Assembly: GCA_905178155.1 (NCBI GenBank)
Contig: CAJINV010000008.1
Span: 1,736,001-1,800,000, forward strand
Reading direction: 5' to 3'
Origin: Amoebophrya sp. A120
Taxonomy: Eukaryota; Protista; Dinoflagellata
Length of the DNA: 64,000 nucleotides
The notes under the pieces were generated by a model. The model was not told where the DNA came from, did no database searches, and was given only the letters and a program-made list of their open reading frames with translations. A program made the translations under genes and the position numbers. Below are positions 34,601-47,800 of this stretch, one piece after another (the first letter of the stretch is position 1; every line of letters begins with the position of its first letter).

Positions 34601-37600
34601 TGTTCGTAGTACAGCTCCCCGCGGCGAAGTAAAATCTTTACCAGATTCATCAGGAAAATGACCACGATGCGCTTCTGAATGACTTCGTCGTACCGCGACC
34701 CAGCAACCCGGTAAAATGCCGCGTCTTTCAGCGTCTCCTTGTTGTGTTCCACAAGGTGTGCAAACATGCGACGCCACCATTTTTCAAACTCCGATGACGT
34801 TGGTGATGATCCAGAGCTAGCTGTGAACGTTGCTCCTGCTTCAGGTTTGGTCATGGGCGTGGCTCCTCCTCCCGAGGCACGATCATCATTGTAGAAAAGC
34901 GGAGCTGGTCCGCCCCCGTCGGGACGAACTACATGTTGAAGATCATCATGAACATTATCCGTCACCACGTGGTCCGCAGTTCCCACAGATGCAACAGGTC
35001 GCTGCTTAGTCACGCTGGCGCTGGTGTCCCCCACGTCCGCGTCAGTACTATTTGTGGTCGCAGGAGCTCCCCCGCCGTCGTCCTGCGCGTAGTAGAGAAA
35101 AACCTCCTTGGACCGCTTCGGAGACCAACCGGTCGGGGGCCGGACACCGACAAAGTAGAAGGCCTGCTCTCTAACCAGGTTCTCTTCAACCTCATACCCC
35201 GTTTCCATCTGGTACAAGTCGAAACCTGTGGTGCGAAAAAGAAGTATTTTCTGTGAAAAAAAATGCTAAGTCTTCAATCAAGTTCGGAATTGTTTGAAAG
35301 CAGCGCCCACGTACAAGGCGGCAAAAGCAAAGAAGTTACCTTCCTCGGGCGGCATCAACCAACTTTCCTCGACGCCCGACACATTTATCCTGTAGTCATT
35401 CAGAACCACCATGCGGTCGCCATCTCGCCGAACGACAGAGACCAGCTGCGTCGCATTCGCGCCGTCATTTTCATTTTCGGCATGCTTTTTCTTGAACGAC
35501 GAAAACGCTTGCGCCACCGCCTCTTCGTCCTTTTCCATCTCCGTTTCTGCCACCGCCCTCGCGGCGTTCTCGACCAACTCTTGCGCTTCGTACCGATCCA
35601 CAACGTCCTGCTGCCTATTGGCATCGAGCGCACTAGGATCTACGAACTCGTCATCGTCGGCGGGTCCCGCCTCCTTAGCATCAGGGTTCACCATTCCACC
35701 AGCTACTTCGACTCCGTCATCATCTTCCTTGTTAGACCTTTTCCCCCCGAGCAGCACTTCAACGTCCGCATTCAGGACATCACTTTTTCGCATCGTGTCA
35801 CCTGCGGCAGCCATTTTCAGCTTTAACAATTCCGTGTCGCTAAGGTTCAGAAAAAACTCCGGGTCTTCTTGATCCTGGTCCTCGTTGTGAGGAGAACCAG
35901 AACAACTCTTTTCGTTTTCTTGTCCAGCGACCACCTCTGTCGACCCTGGACGAACATCAAATTCCGGCTCTAGCTCGTCATCTTGAGCGTAGCTCGGAGC
36001 GACAACGCGGGTCGTCCTTTCGAGAGCATCGCGATCGTCTTGGTCGTCCTTCTTCCCATCATCATGCTCCTCCATATCATCGTCTCCGGCTGCAGCAAAA
36101 ATGGCTGGCGCTCCTTGAAGGTCGTCTTTCTTCACCAGTTGTTCGTCCACAAACAATCGAACACTCGACAGATCAGCCCTGCTCTTCCGCAAGGACGCGC
36201 GCACCTGCTTCTCCCGCTCTCGCGCCTTCTCCAACTCCTCTAGCTTTTTGAAAAACGCAGAAATCTTCGCGCGGTCCTTCGCGGACACGCTCATGTTCTC
36301 CAAGTAGATATCCTTCGACGCCGCCGGACGACCGGCTGCACCAAAGGCAGTTGATGCATTGTTGCTGCCACCAACACCTTCCAGTCGGTCCAGCATCCGA
36401 GCTTTTATTTCCTCGTCATCAAAGTCGTGCAGTTCCCGGCCGTGAAAAGCCTCGTCGTGATCCTGAGCGCGCAGGAACGCGTCCTTGTCCTTCCGCACGC
36501 GGGCGAGCGCTTTCCGCAACTGGTCCGAGCGTTCGCGACTTCTCGCCAGCGCGCGGTCAATCAGAGACTTCTTCCGCTTCTGCGCGTCTTGCTGACTCGC
36601 GCGATGAACGCCCTGGAGTGCGGACATCGTCGTGCGGTCTTCGCTCTCGTTGTCTTCAGGAGCGCCGTGGTCTTTTTCTCCATTATCAGGATCAGCGACG
36701 CGCTTCAGCGTGACTTTCTGAGCGCCGCTGCGGAGGGCACTAAAACTACGTCGAGTAGGTTGCGCCAGAGAGTCGCTCTGTGAACTTCTATTTGTTCCCC
36801 CAGGAGCCGACGGTGAAGACGCGGCCCGACTCGTCGCCAACCATCGCAGGTACTCCAATACCGACACGATCGGGGTGAGCAGGTGGAACCGCTTCAAATC
36901 GCCCACTTCGTCGGCATAGCGCGGTCCGCGCGCAAACAGCCGCGCGCCTACGGGGATGTTCTGCCGGTCCTGGATGCCCGGCGCCGCGGCCAACATGCGC
37001 CGGCGAAAGAGGGCCGCGCTCGGCGAGTGGAAAAACTGGATGTTGGCCAGGTGTTCTTCCCCCTTGTCCTCGTCCGCGCTGTCCACGCGCTCGAAGTCGT
37101 GCTTTTGCTTCACGCTGGTGTTCAGCGCGATTTTCTCGCGCATGTCAGTACCGATCGCCTTCTTCAAAAATCGCGTCAGTGACTGGCTCAGCGTGTTGCG
37201 CATCTTCGCACTCGTCTCGGGGTACTCGAGGGATTGGAGCACGGTGCTCTGCTTTTTCCGGTATCGATTGTCCACAATCGCAGGCGTCGCGGTCCTCTGG
37301 AGGTCGTCGTGGTGCTCTGATCTAGTTCTACTTCCGGCAAAAAAAGATGGACCGGCAGCGCTTTCTCCTGCTTCTGCTTCGTCGGCCCCACGACCATCGC
37401 CGGTTGAAGATGCCCCGTCGCTGCTGCTGCCCTCTACTTCGTCGAGCGCGTGGTCGGTGAAAAAATTGTCATGTTGTTCCTTGACGAGCTGGTCGTGCTC
37501 TTCTGCCGTGTATCCGAACTTTTCCATGTGCTCCAAACGGTCCTTGTGCAGAAGAATATGTTTGTGTGTGGCAAAGGAAGAGAGCCGTATGTACGTGTCG

Positions 37601-40600
37601 TAGTAACGCTGGAACAGCACGTCGCGACCGCCGTAGCAGGGAGTTGAAGATGTCGCTGCAACTCCTCCTTGATGATCCCTGAGAGCAGTCCTTGTTCCGG
37701 GCGGAGAAGGTGGAGAAGACGAAGCAGCGAAAATCGTGGCAGAAAAGTCGAGTCCGCGACCGATGCGGAAGCGCTCTAACTGGAATAGAGCGCAGTCGTG
37801 CGCTGCAAGAAGCTGTGCGCGCGATGGTGGAGGTGGAGTACTGGAAAATGCAGCTGCATTCTCCTGAACGCGATTATTGATGTCCTTGTCTGCCGCACTT
37901 CGTCGTACGGCACCAGTGAAAGATGAAAAATCATTGCTTTTGTCCAGAAAAGCCACGTCCAGGGAGAAGCAGTGCTGCCAGAAATTCCGCACTTCAGCAA
38001 GCGTTTTCAACGCCTGCAGACAGTGGCTTCGCTCGGCCGCGGGCTGTCTTTGCACTTCAAGCTCCAAAAAATCCAAACAGCTCGACACAAGCGCCATTGG
38101 AAGGGACGAGGAACTTTTCAAAACTTGCTCTGGTGCACCGCCAACAATTTTATTGCTACTCCTATCTGCAAGATCAGCGGGAGACGAACTGTTAAACCAG
38201 TGCAAGCACATGGATATTGGCTGTGCAAAAGATGTGTTGACTCCGCCAGCATTCTCGCCCGCCTCTGCTTGTTCGTCGAGATGCACTCCGTCGAGCAGCA
38301 GGTACCTCCGCAACAAGCGTAGGCAGGTCCGAGACCTGGTTCTGGACTTGCCATCTTCGGTAGCAACTTCTCCTTCTTCTCCGGCTAGGAACGATTCTAG
38401 CACCAGGACTGCGTCCTGGCCGACGCTGCGCCACCACCGGACCGCACTGAGCTTCCTCAGATCTTTCACCCTTTCGATTTCGATGCTGATCCGACTAGGC
38501 TTCAGAATTCGTGCCGCAATCACTTCCTTCACCTGCTGCACCTGCTCCTCGACGGCTGAGTGCAAGTGCGCGCGCGTCTGCGAATCATGGTCCTCTGGTG
38601 CTCCACCTAGCGGATGTTGTCCCTGTACAACGGTAGTTGTACTGGCCCCTCGGTCCCCGACGACCGCGCCGGCGCCCAGAACCGCCTCCTGTGCATTCCC
38701 CACACGCGCCAGGTAGCTCTGTCGCAGCAGGTAATCAAAAACGGACTTCCGAACCTCCTCGCTTGTGTGGGTCGCACTCATCGTTTGGTCCACCTGCTGG
38801 CGTGCGGCGGTCACGACTGGGTTGCTCAGCAGCGGGAGAGTGGCCTCGTCTCCTTCGCTACCTGCCATGTTCCTGCTGACCGGGTTGTCCCTCGGGCCAG
38901 CAGCGGTACTATGTGCTGCTGAGCCCCCCGTCGCAAAGGACGAAAAAGCGAGCAGGTGCACGGACTGCATCAGCTTCCGGCGTCGGAGCGCAATCTCCTC
39001 TGGCGGATCCATCAAGAGAATGGACCGCTTCAGCTCCAGAGCGCGCACGTGAAACAGCAGGCGACGCACCAGCCGCCTCGTGTCCTCCACATTCCGAAGC
39101 ATAGCTACCCGCTCCACGTTCCGCTGTGCCTTTTCAGTTCGGATTTTCATGCGCTTTAAAACATTTTTTGCACGGTTCGCCTTCGTCACGCGCTCCTCAT
39201 GCGGCGAAACGGGACTTGAGTCTCGGGTCGCGTAATCGTTGAGGTTGCCTGCCTTCGCGATCTGCGATTTGCGCAAGGGCGAAGTGAAGTCAAACTCTTC
39301 GTTCCGTAAGAAGCGTCCGTGCTCGTCTTTTTTTTGTTGACCGGGAGATGTCAAACCATTGTCGTAGTACTCATCGTCGTCCTTGTCAGAAGTCGAGAGG
39401 ATTTCATCTTCGTCTACGTGATCACTGTCACCAACGATTTCATCTTCCGCTGCGTCTGCCAAAGAGGAGCTTTCGTATAGCAGCCGGTCGATTTCCGCAA
39501 GGAACTTCTGTGCAACCAGTTCGTCTTCCAACAAGGGGGGCGCCTTGCCGTGGTGCCGTCGGTACTCCTGGCGCACCAACTGTTCACGCGTTTTTGTCCT
39601 GTTGCCTGTTGTCTTCGTCAACGACGGTGAGGATGCGCGTCGCTATCAAATGTAAAAGTGTCTGGGTCTGGAAGAATGCGCGATTTGTCATGCAGCTTTT
39701 CAATGACCCATGAGGTCTGGAATGCAGGACCTAGCATAACAGATTCTGTGCGATCTTTCTCATGCCTATCCTGCATGAGAACTGCCTCCCGACTTGGTCA
39801 AAACTGGGCGACTTTTGGTAATCATGCAACACAGATTTTTGCATGCTGCAGATTTAGCATGACAAGTTGCATTCTTCCAGACCCAGACATTTTTACATTT
39901 GATAGTCGCGTGCTGCTAACAACTCCGGACACCCGCACCGGACCGCGGGAAGATGTTGTTTTATCATGGCTTTCCGCATCAAGCACGACACGTGGAGCGC
40001 GTTCCTCGTCCAAAGCTGACGCATTCAGGTTGTCGCGGTTGTCACCTGCTCCGCGCAACGGATCCTCGATACCAAAAGTGTCGATCTCGTCGCCGGCGTT
40101 GACCTCGCTGTGCACTCGCACAATTTCATACGTCTGCAGCACCATGTCGACGAACTTCTCGTACAGCAATAACACTTTCTTCGGCTGCTGTTTTTGCTTT
40201 TGGTTCCCGTTTCTTCCAGTTTGGCTCTTTTGCCTACTTCCACCTGGTTCATCAGCGGGGCTGCGGGGATTTAGTCCCTCGTCCGTCAAGCCTTGCGAAT
40301 TAAAATGCTCGCTGAACTTCTCCAAATTTGCCCGCAAGCTGGAAATGAGCGACTGGACCTCAAGGCGCGCGTCGCCAGAGTCGGCAACTGACGATGAGGC
40401 AGAATCCGCTACCCCACGGTCTGCGCTCCCCGGGGAGGAAGATGAGCCAGAGACGCAATAATTCCAGGCCTCGTACAGGTCAAGGACCACGATGATCAAT
40501 TTTCGGTAAAGCGCCCGGTATCGGTTCGGGTCTGTCTGATAGTGTTCGCGTTTCGAGTGTGCTGACCAGATAGTATTCTGCAAGTTTCTCTTCGTCGTCG

Positions 40601-42654
40601 ACAACCTGGAAGAAGTTCTGGTACCGCCCACGTTCTTCCGTAGAAACCCCGCGCGCGCCGCTGCTTCAAGTTCTGTTTGTAAAAGCGTCAAGAAGTATTT
40701 TATTTTTCATGGCGTGTGCACATGCTCAGGAACGAAAGATATTATCTTCTCTTGAACATTCCATTTCTCTATGACTCTGGCAGAGTTGAACGTTGATTCT
40801 TTCCAGTGAATGATAATCAACATTCACGTTTCGTGCAGAAGCAACTTATTTCTTCTTGTCGCCACAAAGAGGTATCAAACCTTCCGCTGCGCACACTGGT
40901 GCACCCGGCTCCACAGCGAATGCTTGTGCCACTTCAGCAACAGTTTGCACGAGCGAAACGGATATTTTCGCGAGCGCATCCGAGAAAACAACCGGCGCGA
41001 ATGCGAGTCGGTCCAGCAGATTCATCATCACACCTTCGGCGTCCCCCGACGTAGCAGCAGCAGGCGCGTTGGACGTGGTGTCCTCGCCTTCGTCACTGCT
41101 CCCAGCGCAGCTTGCGAGCAGCAACAGTTGCACCTTCCGCAGGAGCGCGTGCAAAGCACCGTGCACACTTGCAAGGGACACGGTGCATACTTTCTCGATG
41201 ATTTCTGAACTGAGAAGAAAGCAGGCCTCCACCGTTTCCTTGTTATTCTGGAGCAGGGCTAGTTCTTCAGCAGAACCTTTACTATTCTCAACTTCCACCG
41301 TCGGATGTGCCGGCACAGCTTGCTCCGCCTCCCTCTTTCTTGATGTCGTTTTCCGCGGCGAGACGTTCTTGCTTGATGTTTCTAGAAGTGATTTTATCGT
41401 GCTACTTTCCTTCTTATCCTTCCCGGCAGATGCAGCGGGCGTTCCTTGTTCTTTTTGACTTTTCCTCTGCCTGGCATCTTCAACAAAGGCAGCGGAGGAG
41501 GATGAACTTCCGCCACTGGTAAAATTCTTGTACTTTTTTTGCAGATCCAGTAGCGACAAGGAAGCGTCAGGTGGTAAAGTCCTACTTTTGCCCGGCTTGA
41601 CCCCATTGACCATTCGATAGAAGGAGGCAAGGTTCGCCGTGTCCGGATCCCGATCGTACCGGCTGCTTCGGCCGACAATATGCAGCGGCCTTGAGTCTTT
41701 AATAGTGCTTGAAGTTCTTGCTGGTCCCTCTAGTGGCGTAGTTGTACTTAGTTCCGCGTTTTTGGCGTTGTTGTTGAAGTTGAATGCAGCACCTTGTAGG
41801 ACTGGCTCTCCTGCTCTACCTTGTTGAGGCTCCTGGTGTGCAAACCTTCCCGCAACCGTGTTCAATGCGAAGGAAAAAGTACCGTCGCCAGCTACAGGAG
41901 CATGACGGTCCGCGTTGAGAGAAAGCGTTCTTTCCGCTGGTTGAAAAGTCGAGCCACCGGTCGTTTGTAGTTCCTGGTATGCTGAGAACCTGTTGTTTCT
42001 TTCACCTGTAGCATTTTTTGAAGATGGTCGCTGTATTTCTGTATTGGACAGTCCACCATCGTCTCCCGCGAAAACAAACTGCTCGGTTGTTTCCCCATCA
42101 AGCTCTGCTGCGCTTGTCGCTCTTTGATTCTGTTTTCCCACCTTCGATAGTCTGCCCCGCAGAAGACCCGATGCGTTTGATTTTCGTGAGGCCCGAGATG
42201 CTCGGTTGGACGGAGAAGATGAGCTGCTAGGACTCACGGATAATTTGGAGGCGTTTATTTTCTCGTCGCCTGCTGAGTTGTAGAAGCCGCGAGCAGGTAG
42301 CCCGTTCTTCCCAGCAGGAATCATCGTGGTTCGCGCTGCCTCACCAGTCTTCGCAGACGCACGGCTCCTGCGATTTTGCAGTGAAATCCGTCCGAGATCA
42401 TAATCAGCGTCAGCATCATGATCCATGTCCTTCATATCGTCTTCTCCTGCGCCTTCCGGTTGTACCAACGCTGTGCTTTTGCGCAGTCTGTCCAGCCAAC
42501 CCTCCATTTTCTCGGCTCCCTTCTGCACCGATCGCCGCGCATTCGCCGGTAGCACGGTGCGGCTCGCTCGCCGAGTGGAGACGCGCGACAATGGGCCAGC
42601 CATGGCGTCCACGGGTAGCCCCAGAGCTGGAACGCTGTTATTGCTTTGCGACAT
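31627..42654 (-). CDS. Very large hypothetical protein (~3,490 aa, at least 4 exons)
   Basis: ORFs 40846-42690, 39822-40691, 35278-39621 and 31627-35217 fuse in frame after removing introns of 184 nt (~40686-40869), 266 nt and 99 nt (DR GTACAAG 35212/35311). No recognisable domain; 3' end uncertain. Confidence 0.75.
39644..39904 (-). mobile_element. Introner family A, copy 1; 5-bp DR GTCGC
   Basis: Near-perfect ~36-bp TIR TATCAAATGTAAAA.TGTCTGGGTCTGGAAGAATGC; near-identical to 54207-54468. Confidence 0.95.
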
Positions 42655-44872
42655 GTTTTTTGTCTTGACCGGATATGCTGGTGAAAGCAAAAACGTTCAC
42701 GCGGCCATAGTGCGGCTACTGCAAAACAACACCACACGTCCCGAGCCAATGCCTGCCGATAGAAGTACCACAGAGTACTAAAGTAAAAGTGAAGACGCGG
42801 AAAAAGATGCACCAAATCAATGAGCACATACGATGTGCTTAAGTGACTGAACACGATAGAGCATTATGAAAGCCTTGAAGATGGACGCACATCGGACACT
42901 CCGGATTCTCTTTTCTCTCAGACTTCGATGCTAGTGCAGCCCTACCGCTCAACCCCTGTGCAAAAACAAATTCAGATGCGACGAACAGCCGAAAAAATAC
43001 GAGCAACTAATGTGGGACGACGACGAGGAAAAGGAACAACGATACACAATAGAACGATAGGAAAATAACGTTATATATCACTGTCATATTATTTTCATCA
43101 TGATTCATCCCCAAAAATCCTCCTCGATAAAAATAATCGATTCCGATGCAAAAGATGTGTGCATTTTTCCCAACATCAACGTGTCGGAGCTCTGTTTTCG
43201 TGGCACGTGAAGAACCGTTTTGTTCCTCTTCTCTACATCTATTACGTGCAACTCCCCTGAAAATAAACAAGACCAGTATGAATGAACGTACGTCAAATGC
43301 AAAGAAAAATCGAAAATGAAATCGCAACTCCACTTCTGCTTTTCCTTTCGTCCGGGAAATGCTGCAAAGGTGTAGAAACTAAATGTGTGGGCTAATAAAG
43401 TTTATCAGTCCAGTGGAACCTTCATTTGTACACTTAATCAATTTTCGTTCGGTATGCGAAAACAATCTTGTCCGCTTTCGTTTTATTTGGACGGCCAAAA
43501 AATCCAGAGCATCAATGCACTACCTAAACGTTTAGAAGATCGAAACTACCTATTTATCCTTTTTTGATTCTTTTGGGCCGCACGAGACGGGCAGCGAGCA
43601 ATATCCAACTCGACGCCAACTGCGCGAGTCGTGCGGCCCAAAGCAAAAGAGATGGAGGCGTAGCAAGCTGCATGCAACATGATTATTGCCTCTTTGGCAT
43701 AAATAGGGCGAGCTCGGAATTGCATTCTTGACTACATCATGATCCAGCATCTGACTGGATCACAACTCGACTACCTTAAAAAACTCGAAGACGGTGCAAT
43801 ACTAAAAAGTTGAAAAATTCTATATAAACAGCAGCAGATATGGGCAATTCTTCTTGTTCTCGTCATCATGATCGGTACTTCGCTACGTATCAGTATACCG
43901 CGCGAGAGCATCCTTGCTGCTTGTTTCATCACGGATGTGAATTGCAGCTGCCTTACGCTACGTCGGACAGAGCGATGGGGCTCATTGAGTTGTCGGATGC
44001 TTCCTCTAAGAAGTACTTGTAGGCCGAGGAAAATAAGGGGTCTTAGCCTTACTGTTAATACTGCTGCCACTACTAATTTGCATGTGCATGAGGCCCTTTA
44101 ATCATACATACTACAGCCCGCCTGTCGTTCATCTAACATTTCGCTTGTCGCCCGACGAGAGAATCGATGAGTCCGAACGAGGGAGACAGCAACGCTTGTC
44201 CGACGCCATGCAATTTATCCACCACGCCAGGAAAAAGCAGCTCTTCTTCTTCATCATCGAGCGAGCATGAAGTAGATCTACCGCAGATCGTTCGATGCTC
44301 ATGAGAAGTCCACAGAACTATAGCCAAACAGCACTCCCTCGCATCTTACATGCCTCACTACTTTTTGTAGATTGTTCTTCCCCCGCACCATATTTATAAG
44401 GCCATGTCACGTCTACAGACAGAAAGATTTACCTCCGTCTTGCAGCGCGCTCGTTGTACAAGGATCTTTTCTTTGATAAGTATTTTCCTCGTCCCGCCCC
44501 AAAGCTCTTCTGTGCATGATTTACGCACACAGAGAACTACTTCTGGACGACCTACAGGTAGCTGTATCGTACATGCGCACGACGCTCGACTAGCACTGCG
44601 ACTTGCTGAGTGAATATGATCTAGGTATTTACTACACTGTTAGTTGATACTCACTAATTTTACTCCGATCCTCCACCTTGTAGTTGCGGAAAATCACGAG
44701 GATTACCTCCTGGGAAACGGAAAAATCGCGACGGAAACCTGTCCTATCAAAAGAAGGCGCGTTTCCTGCTCCCCAAAGAGGTGGAGTTCCGGCACGAAAC
44801 CACAGCGCGGCGTTCTTTGATTATCTTCACCAGCACTCGAAACGTTCATTGTACTTAAAGGTCTCCAGGAAC

Positions 44873-47800
44873 TCAAGGAATCTGCGCAGCCGCATGCCTT
44901 TCTCTCTCGGCATGATGAAGAGCAGCGAATTCGTGAAGCATCCTGAGCACCATCGGCGCCTCCAGGTGCATGAACTGCAGGTTTAGAACCAACCGCGTGA
45001 GCAGGTTTGGCGGCTGCTTTTGTATCGCATACCCGATGTCGCTCAGCCGCTGAAACATCGCCGCCACGCGCCCACGAAGAAGCAGCAGCGGAACTCGCAT
45101 GTCGTGCGAGTCTCGCGTCTTGGTGTTCGTCGCTTTTGGCTGCTCAGTGTTGTATTTTGCAAGTATTTTGCGCTCGATTTCTTCCCGCCAGTGCTCCGCG
45201 AACGGCGCCAGGGCTGCGGCCTTTCCGCTCAGCCTCGTCAGCTTCGGCACTTCCCATTCCGCAAGTTGCTGCAGCTGGTCCTGCACAAAAGCTCCGGGAG
45301 TCGCCGACGGGAAGAAAAACTCGTCTGCGTCGTCAAAGTGATGTAGTGCCGTCGTGTCGTTTACTAGCGTTTGAATCACGTGCCACGATGAATGATCAGG
45401 TCGGTGGTCTAGCAACGAATGATGATGATCAACATCAGAGAGCGACGATATACTCTGAACCGAGCCCGTTTTTGGAATCCCAGTGCTAGCCATTGATACG
45501 GTGCTGGGCAAGGACCTCTTCAAGATCGCGGAGTTGTCGTAAGAAGGCAACATGGAAAAGGCACCGGAAGTGGCTGCGCTGTCTTCTGAGGCATGATATC
45601 CTGTTTGTGCGGAACCGAATTGGTTGCCGCACCGACTGTCCCGTGTCCGCTGATGCTCCCTGCGTGCAGTCTCATCATCTCCATCCATCCCCACAAGGCT
45701 CAGCGGAGGAATATCAGCATTATCGTCCTCCAGAGTGGGCGGCAAAGACACTTTTCGAGGCAAGCTCGCCGGTGATCGTGCGAGTGCGTGTGGACGACGT
45801 GGCACCATAGCTGCAGTGTCGTGATCCGAAGGCGATGCGGTCCCTGCAGACATGGGAAGAACCTGGCGACGCATTTGACGTGGTTTACCGTGGTGCCCGA
45901 CTTTGTCTACAGGTTGTACGACAGCTTTTTCTCCTTCGTACACAGCAGGAGAGTCATCACTCCCTCCATCTGCTTCGGACGAGCCTGAGGTACTGCGCGA
46001 ATAGGGACTGGAGAGCTCCGGTGTGGGGGGCGACTGGGGGTTGAAAGCACGACGTCCCCGCAGTGGAAGGGCTGTGGGAGGTGACCACCTCGCCGGTAGG
46101 AGAGGCGAAGGCGCCGCGAAGCGAGAGTTTATTGCTGCACGAATATCATCATTTCCGCCCAGGTCCATCTGCGGGGGCCCCCCCGATTTCGTCTTGATGT
46201 ACTCAAACAACTGTTCCTTTTGCTCCCCCGATGCGGCGGAACCACTGCTCGTGCCCGCGTACAGAAGCAGAATGGTGTGCAGACAGCCGAACTCGGCTTT
46301 TGCCAGCTCGAATTCAAGCGGCACGCGCTTCTCCCCAGTCGCGCTGTTGTCATTCCACCAGATGCGCCGTTTGTTTCCTGACCGGCCGTCGACCACGCCA
46401 TCGAGCAACAGGTTCCCGAGATTCGCGTCGCTGTGCGCCGCGGGAGCGACAAATTCAGGGTAGAGCAGCACTTCCCCGAACGTGTTCACGATCCACTCCA
46501 TCAACTTGCGCGCCTTCTCGATGTCGCGTCGAATTGGACCTAGAATGGTCACCGCTTCGGCCTTAATGTGCTCCTCGCGGGTACTCGGTCGGTGAAAAGA
46601 CAAAGAGTCCTTCTGATTTTTTCCCCGTGCCGCGTCTTTCTCCAACTGCGACAAGATTGTGTCAAAGAGAGCGGACCACGGGGACGGCTTTGGATTTGCG
46701 GCCCTGCTCTGCGGAGATAAAACGGAGCCGATTTTCGCAGGTTGCGCGCTCACCGATACTAGTTCTCCGGCACTAGAGAGGCCGCGGAAGCGGTCACGAA
46801 CCTTCCCCACGACGAAGTCGCTGTTCAGGTATGCACTTCTTTGTTCTGCCGTGGTCCCAAATCGGACCGCTGCGCGCTGCCGCACCAGAAGCGTTTCCAC
46901 TAGATTATCCGCGACCAGGTCGAGCACTTGGTCTTGTCGGGCCCGCAAGTTGGCTTCAAGTGCCTCGTTGGTTGTCGCTTGTTGTAATGCCAGCGCGTTT
47001 TTCGCTAGTGCCGAGGCTACGGAGCCACCCTGGAGGTACTCGAGCAGTGCGAAGACGCGCACCTGTCTACCTTTCCTCTCCCCTTCCTTAACTGTTCGCT
47101 GCAGGCCAGTCACACTCAGGTTGTCACTGAACTCAACTTCTTGTTGTTCATCAACACCATCGAACGACGATTGATATCCACTTTCCTGCCGGGACGGCGA
47201 TGGGGGAGGTGAGCAACTCCACTCGCTTACCTGACTGCGCGGCGACAATAGCGCCGGCGGACGCGGATCCCCCGGACGTGTGTTGTAGACAGGAACAGCA
47301 GTGCCGGCTCTTCGCGAAGCTACTTTTCGAACTCTGTTTGTTCTCCCACCTGGCAGAAGGCAGTTCCAAGGCTGTTGGATCTGCTGCAGGCAATTGCATA
47401 GCGCTGGTCGTGCAGCGCTGTGCCTACGTGATCCCCCCTCCTGCTGCTGGGCGGCCGACGCCGACCCGCCAAATTGTTTCGCGCTGTTAGTTTTCAAAAA
47501 GTCCCTGCTCCCGCTGTTGGGCTTTTTACCCAGTTCTGCTATGCCTTTGTTCGCTTCCACAGTCGACGAACCAGCATCTTCGCCCGTCGTGCAGTCAACC
47601 AAAACGCCCTTCAGTGGCACACCCATCTTCGCCTTCAGAGCCTCTACAGGCTCGGCTGCATTACTGTCCCCACTCAGCTTCTTCAAGGTCTCGTGGCAGG
47701 TGTCAAAGGCGTCGAGCGTGGCGGTCCCATTGAGGTTAAGCGCCGCGGCTTTCAAATAGTTTTTCATTTCCTCCGAATCTTCGTTTTTGGGATCTACGTC

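Noticed and set aside
42900-44800. Short ORFs in the intergenic regions 42.9-44.8 kb, 19-20 kb and 55.7-56.9 kb
   Set aside because: No motifs or supportable splice model; they may hide small exons but cannot be called from sequence alone.
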